A DNA stretch of 64,000 nucleotides from Hymenobacteraceae bacterium (GTDB lineage: Bacteria; Bacteroidota; Bacteroidia; Cytophagales; Hymenobacteraceae), in assembly GCA_022701825.1 (NCBI GenBank), contig JAKONR010000544.1, forward strand, positions 1,825 through 65,824. Direction: 5' to 3'. A program made the translations under genes and the position numbers. Below are positions 9,909 through 21,800 of this stretch, one piece after another. The notes under the pieces were generated by a model. The model had not been told where the DNA came from. It did no database searches and saw only the letters and a list, made by a program, of their open reading frames with translations. Position 1 is the stretch's first letter, and each line of letters starts with the position of its first letter.

Positions 9909-10901
9909 ATGCGATTTCGATTTTCCGGCCACGAAAGCTTTCCTTGCCGCTATACGTGGCTACCCAAGGCCTACCTCGCCCTGCGGGAAAACCCCCATGT
10001 TTTTAGCGACGAGAACGAGGCCATGGTGCAATTGGGGGTGGGCAAGAACATGGTTCGCGCCATTCGATTTTGGGTGCAGTTGGCGGGCATCGCCCAGCCC
10101 CACGCGGAGCTCCCGGGCCTGCACATCACCCCTTTTGGCCACGCCATCTTTCATCCTGAGGGCTTTGACCCCTACTTGGAAGACGTGCGCACTCTTTGGC
10201 TGATTCACTGGAAGTTCTGCTCCCACGTCGATGAGCCTATGTTTGCCTGGTATTTTATGCTCAACCAATGGGCCGAGCCAGAGCTCTCCCGCAGCGAGTT
10301 GCTCCGCGCCTTTAAGCTGGAGGCCACCAAACAGGACCGCTCCTTGTCAGACACGACCCTGAGCCAGCACCTGGACATCTTCCTGCACACCTACTTGCCG
10401 GCGCGTGGCAAAAAAGGCGAAGTACTTGAAGACAACCTCGACTGCCCCCTCACCGAGCTCAACCTGCTGCTGCCCTCCGGCGAACGCCTGACTGAGCTGG
10501 TGGACGGCCGTCGGCATGAGCCGGTTTACGCTTTTCGCCGGGACCACAAGCCCGAAATCACCGGGGCCCTGATGGCATACTGCTTGCACGACTTCTGGCG
10601 CCTGAACCGCCCGCACGAAGCGTCGCTGACTTTCCGCGAAGTGGCCGTCGTGCCCGGCAGCGTGGGCCAGCTATTCAAGCTCAGCGAGCAGGACCTGCGC
10701 GACCGGCTCGAAAGCCTCGCCACTGATTCCTTGGACCTCCTAGAATATCGTGCATCCGCGGCTCTGCCCCGAGTGCTCAAGACTTACGAGTGGTCGGCGG
10801 AAAGCGAAGCCCAGCTTTTGGCAAACGTTTACCAACGCGACGTGACCAATTATATAACCCTACAAACCAGTCAGCCGGAAGAGGTAGTGGATCATGCTTG
10901 A
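9909..10901 (+). CDS. sspB: DUF4007 family protein (SspB-like nickase)
   Basis: FSGHESFPCRYTWLPK, LGVGKNMVRAIRFW and DPYLEDVRTLWLIHW signature of DUF4007. Confidence 0.85.
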   Translation: MRFRFSGHESFPCRYTWLPKAYLALRENPHVFSDENEAMVQLGVGKNMVRAIRFWVQLAGIAQPHAELPGLHITPFGHAIFHPEGFDPYLEDVRTLWLIHWKFCSHVDEPMFAWYFMLNQWAEPELSRSELLRAFKLEATKQDRSLSDTTLSQHLDIFLHTYLPARGKKGEVLEDNLDCPLTELNLLLPSGERLTELVDGRRHEPVYAFRRDHKPEITGALMAYCLHDFWRLNRPHEASLTFREVAVVPGSVGQLFKLSEQDLRDRLESLATDSLDLLEYRASAALPRVLKTYEWSAESEAQLLANVYQRDVTNYITLQTSQPEEVVDHA

Positions 10902-13900
10902 AGTACTTAACGCTCCCCTATTTAAAATTCAAGGTCGCTTTTTGCGGTCCACGCACCTGGAGCGCGACTGGAGCGACCCGACGGCCCTCCAAGATTACGT
11001 CCTTACTACCCACGCCAAACAAAGTGTCGCCCGCCTGGCCGCCGGCTTGGCCCCCACCTCCGGCATGCGCGCCTGGCGCATCACCGGCGACTACGGCTCC
11101 GGCAAATCCTCCTTCGCGCTGTTGCTCGCCAACTTGTTCTCGGCCCGTTGCGCGCAACTACCGGCCCTGCTGCAGGCCGGTCTGAAAGGAGTGCCTAGCA
11201 CCGAGGCCCCGGGGGGCTTGCCCCTGCTGCCCATTCTGGTCACGGGCTCCCGCGAACCGCTGGGTTTGGCTATCGCTCGGGCCCTGGAAAAAACCTTGTT
11301 GGCCCTGCCCGAAGCCACGGTCCCTGCCAAGCTCCTCACCAAGCTTCGCGCCGCCCTGCATCAGGGCAGCGTCACGGACGCGCAAATCATCAAGTGGGTG
11401 CAGACCAGCCACGCGCTGGTCGTGAACCAGCAGCTGGGCCAGGGGGTCCTGCTCGTGCTCGACGAAGTGGGCAAGTTCTTGGAGTTTGCTGCCCTGCACC
11501 CCGAACGCCAAGATATCTATTTGTTGCAGGGCCTGGCGGAGCTGGCCGCCCGCAGCGGCGCCACTCCCCTGATGATTGTGGTGCTGTTGCACCAAGGCAT
11601 CAGCGGCTACGCGGAGAGTTTGACCCAGACCCAGCAGCGGGAGTGGGAGAAAATCGCCGGCCGCTACGAAGAGCTGACCTGGCACTACCCCATCGAGCAA
11701 GTAGCTGAGCTGATTGCCAGCGCCCTCAACACGCAGTTAGACGTGGCTCCCTTTGCGGCCTTAACCCGAGCCAAGGCCGACATGCAGGATGCTTTGCGCC
11801 TACGCTGGTACGGGCCGGCTTCTCGCCAGCCCGCGCTGGCTGACATCGCCCCACGCCTCTACCCGCTGCATCCGTCGGTGTTGCCGCTGCTCGTGCGCCT
11901 GTTCGCCGCCTTCGGCCAGAACGAACGGTCGCTCTTTAGCTTCCTGTTGGGCAGCGAACCCTTCGGCTTGCAGGATTTTGTGGAACGCACCGAGGGCAAG
12001 GCCTTTTTCCGAGTGCACGACCTCTTTGACTACGCCCGCTATGCATTCGGCCAGCGCCTGAACCTGCAGAGCTACCGCAACCATTGGAAAGCCATCGAAG
12101 GCGTCATCGCCTCCTACCGGGGCGAGGACGTGTTGGAGCTCAACCTGCTCAAAACCATCGGCGTACTTAATGTGCTCAACGCCGAGGATCTACTGGCCAC
12201 GCCCGAAGCCTTGGAGCTGGCCTTGCGGGACAGCGGCGACGTGAAAGCCACCATCCAAGCGCTTAAATCCCGGCACCTGCTTTACTATCGGGGCGCAGCG
12301 GGTGGCTACAGCCTCTGGCCCCACACCAGCGTCAACCTGGAAAGCGTGTACGCCGACGCTGGGGTGCAGCTGGGCAGCGTCAAGAAAGTGGCCAGCCTCA
12401 TCCGTGAACGCGTGGAAGTACGCCCTCTGGTGGCCCGCCGCCACTACATTGAGACCGGCACCCTCCGCTTCTTTGAAGTGGTGTACACCGACGCCGACTT
12501 CCTTTCCGAACAGGTCGCCCCAAGCCGCACGGCCGATGGGAAGATCTTGGTGCCCCTGTGCGAGACCCCCGAGGAAGAGCAGCGCGTTCTCGACTTTGCC
12601 CAGTCCGCGGGCGACCTCCTGCCCAACCTGTTAATTGCCGTCCCGCAGCCCCTGCAGGGCCTAGCTGCCGTGCTGGAAGAAGTACGCCGTTGGGAGTGGA
12701 TTCAGCGAAATGTGCCGGAGCTCCAGCACGACGACTACGCCCGCGAGGAAGTGGCGCGCCAGCTCACCAACGCTCAGCAAACGCTTGCCGAACACGTGCA
12801 GCGCTACGTGGGGTTGAGCAACGCGAGCGTGGAAAGCGGCTTGCGCTGGTTTCGCTGCGGGGAGTTGCTGCCCCAAGTGAAGACCGGCCGAGAGGTAATG
12901 GCCCTGTTGAGCACGGTTCTGGACGAGGTGTTCCACGCCGCCCCTCGCATTCACAACGAGCTCATCAACCGTAAAGTGCTGTCCTCCGCCGCTTCTGGAG
13001 CCCGGGGACGCCTCTGCGAGCAGCTGTTCGACACGCCCACCCAGCCCTACCTGGGCATGGACGCCACCAAAACGCCACCGGAGATGTCGATGTACCTGTC
13101 CGTGCTCCGCGCCGGCGGGCTCCACCAGCTCAACCCGGCCACGGGGGCCTGGGCCTTGACGCTGCCGGCCGCCGACGTGGACGCCGGGCGAGGGCGACTC
13201 TTGCCTGCGTTTGCGCGCATCCGCGAGGTGTTGGCCGAAACCACCGACGCCCGCGTGCCGGTCACGGCCGTGTACGAGGCGCTACGCCAGGACCCCTACG
13301 GCGTACGCGACGGGCTGATTCCGCTGCTGCTGGCCATATTTAGCGTCATCAACGAGCAGGAACTCGCCTTTTACGAGGACGGCTCTTTCATCCCTCGCAT
13401 TACGGGCTCGAACTTCTTTCGCCTCACCAAAGCTCCCGAGACGTTTGAGATCCAGTTCTACCCCATCAACGGGGTGCGCACAGAGCTCTTTCAAAGCCTG
13501 ATTCACCAGCTGCAGCTCACTGGGCAGCACGTGGACCGCGTAGACTTGCTCGACGTGGTCAAGCCCCTGCTCTCCTTTATGGCGGCCCTGCCGCAATACA
13601 CGCTCAAGACTTCTCGACTGGATCCCCACACCAAAGCCGTGCGGACCGCCCTGCTGGGCGCTCGCGACCCGGTGAGTCTGCTCTTTCACGACTTGCCTTT
13701 GGCGTGCGAGCTGCCCCCAGTACTCGCAGAAAGCGATCAGCAAGGCGTGCAAGTGACCCTGTTTGCCCAAGAACTTAAGGCCGCCATTGACGAGCTGCGC
13801 AGCGCCCACCCGGGGTTGCTGCAGTGGATCAAAGAAAAGCTGCACGCCGAGTTCCAACTCCAGGGCTCCTTCGAGGAGGTGCGCCACCTGCTAGCGCCCC

Positions 13901-14370
13901 GCGCCGCGTCCGTGGCCGCGTTTGTCACCGAGCCGCGCCTTAAAAGCTTCTGCCTGCGCCTAGCCGACACCAAGCTCACGGAAACGCAGTGGCTGGAGTC
14001 GCTGGGCAACCTGGTGTGCGCCATGCCCCCGGCCAAGTGGCGCGACGCCGACGTGCACAAGTATGAGCAGGAAATACACCACTTGTCCGCCCAGTTTACC
14101 CGCGTAGAAGCCGTCGTTTACAATCGCAGCAAGCACAAGGGCATCGCCGAGGGCGAATCCGTGCGCATTGCTCTCACGCAACCCAACGGCCAAGAACGCA
14201 AACAAGTGATTCACCTCACCCCCGACGAAGTCGAAGAAGCCACCGACCTGCAGGGCGCCATTGCCGCGCTTCTGCGCGACAAAGGCCGTGTGGGCATGGC
14301 CGCTGCTTCCCGCGCGTTGTGGCAGCTGCTGGCCACCGGCGAGTCCGTGCCCGAAACAGCGGAACGCTAG
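10894..14370 (+). CDS. sspC: Large P-loop ATPase (SspC-like)
   Basis: Walker A GDYGSGKS, Walker B LVLDEVGK, YPLHP and GQNERSLFSFL; overlaps the DUF4007 gene. Confidence 0.82.
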   Translation: MLEVLNAPLFKIQGRFLRSTHLERDWSDPTALQDYVLTTHAKQSVARLAAGLAPTSGMRAWRITGDYGSGKSSFALLLANLFSARCAQLPALLQAGLKGVPSTEAPGGLPLLPILVTGSREPLGLAIARALEKTLLALPEATVPAKLLTKLRAALHQGSVTDAQIIKWVQTSHALVVNQQLGQGVLLVLDEVGKFLEFAALHPERQDIYLLQGLAELAARSGATPLMIVVLLHQGISGYAESLTQTQQREWEKIAGRYEELTWHYPIEQVAELIASALNTQLDVAPFAALTRAKADMQDALRLRWYGPASRQPALADIAPRLYPLHPSVLPLLVRLFAAFGQNERSLFSFLLGSEPFGLQDFVERTEGKAFFRVHDLFDYARYAFGQRLNLQSYRNHWKAIEGVIASYRGEDVLELNLLKTIGVLNVLNAEDLLATPEALELALRDSGDVKATIQALKSRHLLYYRGAAGGYSLWPHTSVNLESVYADAGVQLGSVKKVASLIRERVEVRPLVARRHYIETGTLRFFEVVYTDADFLSEQVAPSRTADGKILVPLCETPEEEQRVLDFAQSAGDLLPNLLIAVPQPLQGLAAVLEEVRRWEWIQRNVPELQHDDYAREEVARQLTNAQQTLAEHVQRYVGLSNASVESGLRWFRCGELLPQVKTGREVMALLSTVLDEVFHAAPRIHNELINRKVLSSAASGARGRLCEQLFDTPTQPYLGMDATKTPPEMSMYLSVLRAGGLHQLNPATGAWALTLPAADVDAGRGRLLPAFARIREVLAETTDARVPVTAVYEALRQDPYGVRDGLIPLLLAIFSVINEQELAFYEDGSFIPRITGSNFFRLTKAPETFEIQFYPINGVRTELFQSLIHQLQLTGQHVDRVDLLDVVKPLLSFMAALPQYTLKTSRLDPHTKAVRTALLGARDPVSLLFHDLPLACELPPVLAESDQQGVQVTLFAQELKAAIDELRSAHPGLLQWIKEKLHAEFQLQGSFEEVRHLLAPRAASVAAFVTEPRLKSFCLRLADTKLTETQWLESLGNLVCAMPPAKWRDADVHKYEQEIHHLSAQFTRVEAVVYNRSKHKGIAEGESVRIALTQPNGQERKQVIHLTPDEVEEATDLQGAIAALLRDKGRVGMAAASRALWQLLATGESVPETAER

Positions 14371-14439
14371 TTTGCTTTAACACAGGCAACAGTACTAGCA
14401 AAAAGACTTATCTTCGAACTCCATAAAACACCTTCTTCC

Positions 14440-15258
14440 TTGGAACTACCCTTCCGACATATTTTGAGTTTGTCTGGTGGAAAGGACAGCGCGGCGCTGG
14501 CCATTTACATGCGGGACCGCATACCGGAAATGGAGTACGTTTTCCACGACACGGGCAAGGAACTGCCCGAAACGTACGAATATTTGGGTCGCCTGGAAGC
14601 CCTACTGGGCAAGCCGATCCACAAAAGCACCGAGGAAAAAGGTGACTTCATCGGCTTCGATCAGCTGCTCAAAATCTACGGCGGCATGCTGCCGTCCAAC
14701 CATCGCCGCTGGTGCACCCGCATGATGAAACTCAAGCCTTTTGAGAAGTTTATTGGCGACGGCAACTGCTACAACTACGTGGGCTTGCGGGCCGACGAGA
14801 AGCGGGACGGCTACATCAGCCACAAGCCCAACATCAAGCCGCTCTATCCATTCATTGAGGACGGCTTGGTGAAGGCCGATATCGAGCGCATCCTGGAGGA
14901 GTCGGGGCTGGGGATGCCCCCCTACACCAAGTGGGGCCGCACCCGCTCGGGCTGCTTTTTCTGCTTTTACCAGCAGAAAATTGAATGGGTCCGCCTGCGT
15001 GAAGCCCACCCCGATTTATTTGAAGAAGCCAAGGCCTATGAAAAGCCGGGGAAGAAGGCTGAGACCGTCTTCTATTGGTGCGGGGACGAGCCCTTGGAGG
15101 AGCTGGAAAAGCCCGAGCGCATGGCGCAAATCATCCGCGACCACGCGGCGGCCCAGGAGCGGGCCCGCAGCAAAGCCAAAAACCGCAGCTTGCTGCACGT
15201 ACTCGGCGGTGTCGACGACTACGAAGAGCGCACGGGCTGCTTAATTTGTCAGCTATAA
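14440..15258 (+). CDS. sspD: PAPS-reductase-family ATP pyrophosphatase (SspD-like)
   Basis: SGGKDS PP-loop, RWCT, RSGCFFCFYQ and C-terminal CLIC. Confidence 0.87.
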   Translation: MELPFRHILSLSGGKDSAALAIYMRDRIPEMEYVFHDTGKELPETYEYLGRLEALLGKPIHKSTEEKGDFIGFDQLLKIYGGMLPSNHRRWCTRMMKLKPFEKFIGDGNCYNYVGLRADEKRDGYISHKPNIKPLYPFIEDGLVKADIERILEESGLGMPPYTKWGRTRSGCFFCFYQQKIEWVRLREAHPDLFEEAKAYEKPGKKAETVFYWCGDEPLEELEKPERMAQIIRDHAAAQERARSKAKNRSLLHVLGGVDDYEERTGCLICQL

Positions 15259-15310
15259 GAAATTACTTATATTTAATGCGTCTATTTATTTGCCATAACT
15301 CTACTCTTTT

Positions 15311-17215
15311 GTGATTCAGCCTGAGAGATTGCCCGTTAGTAAAGATGCAGCTTACCGCAATAAAGATTTAGCCCTCAATTGGATCCGCTTCGTGCGCAAG
15401 TACGGGCCCATCCCCGCCAACGACTCTGCGTTTGAAGAGCACACAGGAAAGGCGGCCAACCGGGCGGGAGTTTCCCCCATCACCTTCTTGCACCCGCGTT
15501 TTGCCGAGGTGCTGCAGTGCTTGACCGGCCAGGAGATACTTTCCGTTATTTTGACGGGGACCGCGGGCGATGGCAAAACGCACCTGTGCGGCAAAATTTG
15601 GACGGAGCTGCGGGGGGATCCTACGGCTTGGGCCTCCAATAACCCGTACATTTACCTGGTCTTGCCCTCGGGTGCCAAGCTGCACGTCATCCGGGACTTG
15701 AGCGCGTGGGTGCCCCAGCAAGGCGCGGAGTGGAACGAGCCCGAGCGGGATCTCTTGGAGCTGTTCTCTCGCTGCCTGTTCGAATCTACTGGCACGGACT
15801 ACTTTTTGATCGCCGCCAACGACGGGCAGCTCATCGAGACGTGGCGGCGCCTGCCCGACTCCTTGTCGGTAAACAAAGCCCGTCGTCACTTTGAGCAGAT
15901 GCTGGTGGAAGATTTAGAGTCTTTGCCGGACGTGGCCTTGCGCTTCTTCAACTTGTCGCGGGGCTCCTCCGCGGAACTGTTTGACTGCGCCGTCGAAGCC
16001 TTTTTAGAGCATCCCGGCTGGCAGTACTGCTTTGCCGGGGAATCCGGGGAATCCGTGGCTTTCGGCCCCCTATCTCCGATTCGTCGCAATTTCGAACTGT
16101 TGCAATCCACGCAATTGCGTCAGCGCCTGCGCGATCTGCTGGAGCTCTGCGACTACAACGACTTGCACATCCCGATTCGAGAAATCTTGGCGCTGCTGGT
16201 GAACGCCGTGCTGGGCCACCCCACGTGCAATAAAGACCACTTGATGGTGCCCGGAGACGTCGCGCGGCTCATCAAGGAGGGCAGCTTGGCCCGGGCGAGC
16301 ATCTACAACAACTTGATTGGGGGCAACCTGCGCGAAAGCCGACGCGAGAGCATCGGCGTGTTCAACTACTTGGACCGCTTCCGCCTTGGCCATGAAACCA
16401 CCAACCGCATCGACTCCATTCTCATCTTTGGCGAAGCGGACGACGCCCTACGGGAGTACTACGACGCCTACTTGGGCAATGATGAGTTTTACGGCGCTGA
16501 TGCAAGCTACCGCCAGGCGCAGAGCAACTACGTGGAGGCGGCCGATGAGGACGGCAGCAACAGCAAGTTCCTGGATATGCTCATAGCCCAGCGCCGGGCC
16601 TTATTCTTCAAGATTCCCGCCTCTGAAGCTGAGGAGCTGCACCTGTGGGAGTTGACCGTGTTTCGGTTTGCGGGTGAATACCTAGAAAAAGTGGTGCGAA
16701 ACCTCTGCCCCCCGGCGCAGGGCCGCGTGGAGCGGGCCATTGTGAACCGCTTAGTGCGGGGCCTGAATCGGGTGATCGTCGGCATGCTCATCACCGACGA
16801 CCGCAAGCTGTTTTTAGGCACGAGCCTCCAGTCCACGGGGGCTAAAGTTTCGCGGATCTACGAAGATGCCATTTCCGTGCAAGCGAGCCGCGGAGAAAAG
16901 GTGGAAATCGTGTGGAACGGCAATAAGCCCGCTTTGCTAGTCACGCTCAACGAGCACATTTCGGAGTCTTTCACGCTGAATCTGGTGCGCTACGAATTTC
17001 TCTCCCGCGTGGCAGAGGGCGCGCTGCCGAGCAGTTTTTCTAAGGAGTGTTACGAAGACGTGCTCTCGTTTAAAAGCCGTTTACTAACGGCCCTCAAAAA
17101 GCGCCGTCAGCAGGACGGGGATCAGCTGGACAACACCCTAACCTTTCAGCGCTTGCGCCTGGATGAGTCGGGCCGGCCCGAAAACCTCACCATTCAGTTA
17201 ACGGTGCCCGCGTAA
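15311..17215 (+). CDS. sspF: P-loop ATPase, SspF/DptF-like restriction component
   Basis: Walker A ILTGTAGDGKT and LIAANDGQL; first of three genes after sspD. Confidence 0.72.
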   Translation: MIQPERLPVSKDAAYRNKDLALNWIRFVRKYGPIPANDSAFEEHTGKAANRAGVSPITFLHPRFAEVLQCLTGQEILSVILTGTAGDGKTHLCGKIWTELRGDPTAWASNNPYIYLVLPSGAKLHVIRDLSAWVPQQGAEWNEPERDLLELFSRCLFESTGTDYFLIAANDGQLIETWRRLPDSLSVNKARRHFEQMLVEDLESLPDVALRFFNLSRGSSAELFDCAVEAFLEHPGWQYCFAGESGESVAFGPLSPIRRNFELLQSTQLRQRLRDLLELCDYNDLHIPIREILALLVNAVLGHPTCNKDHLMVPGDVARLIKEGSLARASIYNNLIGGNLRESRRESIGVFNYLDRFRLGHETTNRIDSILIFGEADDALREYYDAYLGNDEFYGADASYRQAQSNYVEAADEDGSNSKFLDMLIAQRRALFFKIPASEAEELHLWELTVFRFAGEYLEKVVRNLCPPAQGRVERAIVNRLVRGLNRVIVGMLITDDRKLFLGTSLQSTGAKVSRIYEDAISVQASRGEKVEIVWNGNKPALLVTLNEHISESFTLNLVRYEFLSRVAEGALPSSFSKECYEDVLSFKSRLLTALKKRRQQDGDQLDNTLTFQRLRLDESGRPENLTIQLTVPA

Positions 17216-17281
17216 AGTCTGACGGCAACGCGTTTTCCGATCGAATTGAGTCCTTTGTTTATTGGCTATTTCTAAGCAGCA

Positions 17282-18829
17282 ATGCACGAAACTATACTCG
17301 CAGCGGACACGGCCGTGGCCCGTCCCCCCCGTGGGCATTACCCAAACTCCGACCTCTGGTTGGACGAGCAAATTTGGGGACATCGCATTTATCCCCAAAC
17401 GCCCTGGTTGCTATTCTTGGAGTGTTTAACCGTCGCCGAATACTTCCTGCGCAAGGGAGCGTTGCTAGATGAGCAAGGATCGTATTACCCGTTGGTATTC
17501 TACCCCCTGCGCCGCATGCACTTGCGCAACATACTGTGGAATAATGACCTAATTAAAAGCTTGGAGAACGAGAAGCTCGACTCCAATACCAGCTGGAAGA
17601 CGTGGCTGGAGTGGATGAGCGAGCACGCTCAAAACCTGCACGAAAACGACTTCTCTTACCTGAAGCCACGGTTTGAAAAGTTCAGCGACTTTGCCTTTTT
17701 GGTGGGAATGCTACGGGACGCGTCGGTAGAAGGCGAAAGCAACAAGCGCTGGACTTCTCGCTTTGTCTTCCCATTTGGCGCTAGTGCCATTTACGAAGAC
17801 GCCACCCTCGACGGCAAACGCGATTACATCAATTTCACGCGGACCGGTGAGCTGCTCTACCTGATGCTTTGCCGCAGCTCGGTCGCCAATGAGTTGCGGC
17901 CCCACCTCGCGCAGTTTTTGCGGGGAGACAACGAATGGAATAAGCTATTACGGGTGTTGGAAAAAACACAGGAAGAAAACGGCACCGAGCGCAAGAGCAG
18001 CTATTTGCCTTACAAAAAGCATCCTTGTTTTGACCGCCTGGCGGAAGATTGGTTGCGCCTCTTTGAGTTAGGGTTACCCAACTTTGATGTCTTGAACCAC
18101 ATGGTCACCATGGGGGCGCTTCACGTACTCCTGTACCAATTGCACGTCGCGGCCGCCTGGTCTAATAAACAAGAACCGCTCACCTTGCTGTGCGAGGTGG
18201 TGGCGCCCAAAAAGACCCTGGTGCGGGAGTTGTCCATCATCAATTTCCAAGAGAACAATAGCTTATCTGGGGAAGCTATCCAGGCCTATTTGACGCGCAT
18301 CAGTGAGTCAACGGAGTGGCAGGAAGCTTTGGCACTCGCCACGCAGCAAGATCAGTATTCCCGCTGCCGCGAAATCCTGCTGCAAGAAGTTTGGTGGAAC
18401 GACCAGGATTACAACGGAGGCGAAGACCCGGCCACTCTCGTGGAGTTTTTGCGCGACAAGGCGCAGTCCCGTCACCAACAGCACGCCGGGGAAGTCCACC
18501 GTTCCTTTGGTCGCCTGATTGGGTTGGTGTCGCGACGAGCCACCAACAAATTTCGATACGCGCCCACGGACAGTTTCTTAAAAACGTTGATTTTCGCCAA
18601 CGTGCGCCAGCGTATGGAATTGAAAGAGTTTTTCAACCTGCTCTTCGAACGCTACGGCCTGGTGTTTAGCGAGCGGGAAGCCGCGCAAGTGATTGCTGAA
18701 GATGAGTACGATCCCAAGCCTTTTGCCGCCAACGCCGCGCGCCTCGAAGCCCGCCTGAGCAGCTTGGGTTTGTTGCGACGGCTCTCCGACGGCTGTGCTT
18801 ACATCATCAATCCTCACGGCCTCGAATAG
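17282..18829 (+). CDS. sspG: SspG/DptG-like restriction component
   Basis: C-terminal LFERYGLV...RLSSLGLLRRLSDGCAYI resembles DndG/SspG ends; position between F-like and H-like genes. Confidence 0.68.
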   Translation: MHETILAADTAVARPPRGHYPNSDLWLDEQIWGHRIYPQTPWLLFLECLTVAEYFLRKGALLDEQGSYYPLVFYPLRRMHLRNILWNNDLIKSLENEKLDSNTSWKTWLEWMSEHAQNLHENDFSYLKPRFEKFSDFAFLVGMLRDASVEGESNKRWTSRFVFPFGASAIYEDATLDGKRDYINFTRTGELLYLMLCRSSVANELRPHLAQFLRGDNEWNKLLRVLEKTQEENGTERKSSYLPYKKHPCFDRLAEDWLRLFELGLPNFDVLNHMVTMGALHVLLYQLHVAAAWSNKQEPLTLLCEVVAPKKTLVRELSIINFQENNSLSGEAIQAYLTRISESTEWQEALALATQQDQYSRCREILLQEVWWNDQDYNGGEDPATLVEFLRDKAQSRHQQHAGEVHRSFGRLIGLVSRRATNKFRYAPTDSFLKTLIFANVRQRMELKEFFNLLFERYGLVFSEREAAQVIAEDEYDPKPFAANAARLEARLSSLGLLRRLSDGCAYIINPHGLE

Positions 18830-18838
18830 CCCGTACTC

Positions 18839-21800
18839 ATGGAAATGTCTACCGTTGAAAGCACACTGCTCGTGGATACGGAATTAACTGCGGCCACGCT
18901 CATTGGGCAGGTGGCCAGCCACTACCTGCGCAACCGCATCAAAGGCAATGAAGCGGAGTCCGGCACGGCTCGCTTTATACTCGATCAACTGCGCGGGGAG
19001 CAGATGGCGGCCATTGCCCGCGCTATTTTGGATGATGATTTCTTAGCCCAGCGGGTGCAAATTCAACTTCCCGCCTCCAAGTTAGCTCCCTATGTCGCTG
19101 AATATGCGCTACCGGAAGACATCCTGACCACGCTGCGGGCAACTTATTTACGCAATGCTGAATGCCTGCTGCCAGCCTTGTTGCTCGCCAACACCGGAGA
19201 CGACGAAGCGCAGTCGCTTAATTTGATCGAGCCCATTGGCTCCGCCGTGCTGCTGTCCCAACCCGATCTATGGGTGGAGGCCGCCAGTGAGGGATTAAAC
19301 TTGCCGGCCGAACAATTGGAGATTTGGGAGCGCATCCTACGGGCCCTAATGGACTTAAGCATCCGCTCCCTGCCTCACGTGGCGGAGTACGTGCTGCGCA
19401 CGCGCCGGGAAATCCTTGACGGCTCCGCCCTGTTCTTTGCCCTGGGTGCAGCCCTGCCCGCCCTGGCCATGCCCCGGGACACGAGCTTGTTTGCCAACGT
19501 TCCGGAAAAATATTACGGCCAGCAGAGCCGGTGGAAAGGCTTGTTTCAGGATGCCTATAAAAAGCGGGCGCCTTATTTGCGCAAGCAAACGCCTGCCCAG
19601 ACCCTGCTCACCGGGGCCAACCTGCGGGCGGCCTACTCACGGGTCAAGGACGCCATCATTCCCAGCTATCACCCCGCAATTGAGGCGTTCATCGCGTCCG
19701 ATGGCCAATGGAACGCATCTGCTAAAGCACTAGCGGAGTGTGAGTGGGAAGAGATTAAGCCTTTATTTGACGGCCTGCGCCGAGAGCGCCTCAACTTGGG
19801 TACCCTCACGCGCAACTTTTACAACGACCGGGATCCTGACTTGCTCTCGTCCGACGAACGCGAGTATCTTAAATCGTTGATCCAGCGCAACCCTTCGTCG
19901 GCTAACGACGACGACCGCACCTTCTACGAGCAGCACCGCCACCAAATCGTCGAGGAGCGCACCTTGAAAGCTGCGTGGGACAAGTTCGCTTTTGGCCGGC
20001 CCCAGGAATGCGAAGACTTCCTGGCCGGGGTTGCCCTCTGCTTGGAGCGACTCAGCGTGGAGGACTACAGCACCAACCGGCGGCTCAAAATTCGCTGCGA
20101 CGCCAAAACGCCGCTCCTGCTGCGCAAGCTCAACTCCGATGCATGGCAATACTTTGCCGCCCGCTACTACGGCCTCAAGCAACTCTTCGGCGCCCAAGTG
20201 GAGTGGGAAGTAGGCGAGCTATTCAACTACGCCAAGTTGATGAAGGAATGGGATGGCCGCTACAGCCGCAACCGCTCCGAAGCCCGCGCAGCCTTGCAAC
20301 TTAAATTCACTATTGAGTTGCAGATGGACTCCGTAGTGGATGGCCAAGCCAGTGGCTCCACGAACTCCCTAACGCAACTTATTTGGAACTTTACCCCCAA
20401 CAAAGCCACTCGAGAATTTGCCCCGGACTGGGACCGCTTGGTAGCCTACACCATGGGCACTTCGCCGGTAGCACCCATGGTGTTGTGCACGGCGGGCCGC
20501 GAGGCCATCAGCGCCAAGGGCCGCTTTCAGTCGGTAAACCTGAGCGACGTGCGGACCCTGACGCCGGCCTTTGGCCAAAATCGCGGCTCTTTTGTTGGCC
20601 CCAACAAAGCCGGCAACAACTTAGCCAAAAAGTGGGAGGCCAATTTAAAAATCGCCCGCATCGACAACATGATTTCGCCGGCGGTGGAGCAAGAATTAAC
20701 CGCGGCCTGGCAAGCCTTTAAGCAACTATACACCCAGGCCATCACGGGCTTCAAAGCAGAGGGACTTGCCTGCCCGGCCTTGCTTGAGCAGGGGCAAGCG
20801 TACGCCCGATTGCTGAACTTGATTTCGGAAAAGGCCCTGGGCGATCGTAACCGGGAGTTGTTGCTGCTGCCCTTGCTTCGGATCGGCTCCGTGACCATTT
20901 CGGGCGATTCCTCCACGGAAATCATCACGCCCTGGCACCCCTTGCGCATGATTGCCATGGCGGTAAAGGCCCGACGCATCCACGAGCTGATTAAGTCTTA
21001 CATCAACGAGCCCGAAGTACGTTTCGGGGACGCGGGGCGGATGTTTTTCAAGGACCTGCGTGATGAACTAGACCACGCTTTCTATCCGGAAGTCGTGCTG
21101 GGGCGCTACGAAAGCAAGCCCCAGCTGCTGGCCCTAACCGATACTTGCGGGGATTATACGCTGCACGAGTCCCCCGTGGCCAATGGCATCGAGACCAGCG
21201 ACAACCCCACGGAGTCGTCCAAGCGGGTAGCTGAGCTTGTGGCCCGCTACCTGTCCTTGCAACCTCACGAGAGTGCCAACTTATCGGTGGTACTTTACAA
21301 CTGCGACTCAGCGCGCCTGCCGCAAGCCGTGGTGGACCGCATTGGGGCCATGCACGAGGAGGAGGAAGACGTCCGCTGCCAAATTGTGCTTCGCCACCAC
21401 GATTCCAGCAAGCTGCACCCGCTCTACGAACGCATCGTCGAGGCCTCCGACTCCGACCCCGATGCCTACAGTGCGAGCGAAGCCACCCGCGACTTCATGG
21501 CTCGCTTGCGCATTGGTATTTCGGCCGATCAAGCCCCCACGCCCAACGAGAAAGATGGCCCCCCCAACGACATCGTCTTTTTGCAAGACGTCATCGCGCG
21601 CCACGCCACGGTGGAATGGTACAAGGAAAACGCCCAGGTTGTGCCCTTGATGGACCTAATTCCCGCGCAGTGGTCGCGCCGCCGCCCCTCCCCAGCCGGG
21701 AACATGAAATCTGTGGTTTACTTGTGTTGCCCGGCCCAAAGCACTGAAGGTTGGGCCTACTTGACGGCCATCACCACCTTGGTTAAAGGCGACTGGGATG

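Noticed and set aside
9909-15258. BREX type 4 (DUF4007 + ATPase + PAPS reductase)
   Set aside because: No PglZ or BrxL gene; a cysteine desulfurase and F/G/H-like genes fit an Ssp phosphorothioation system better.
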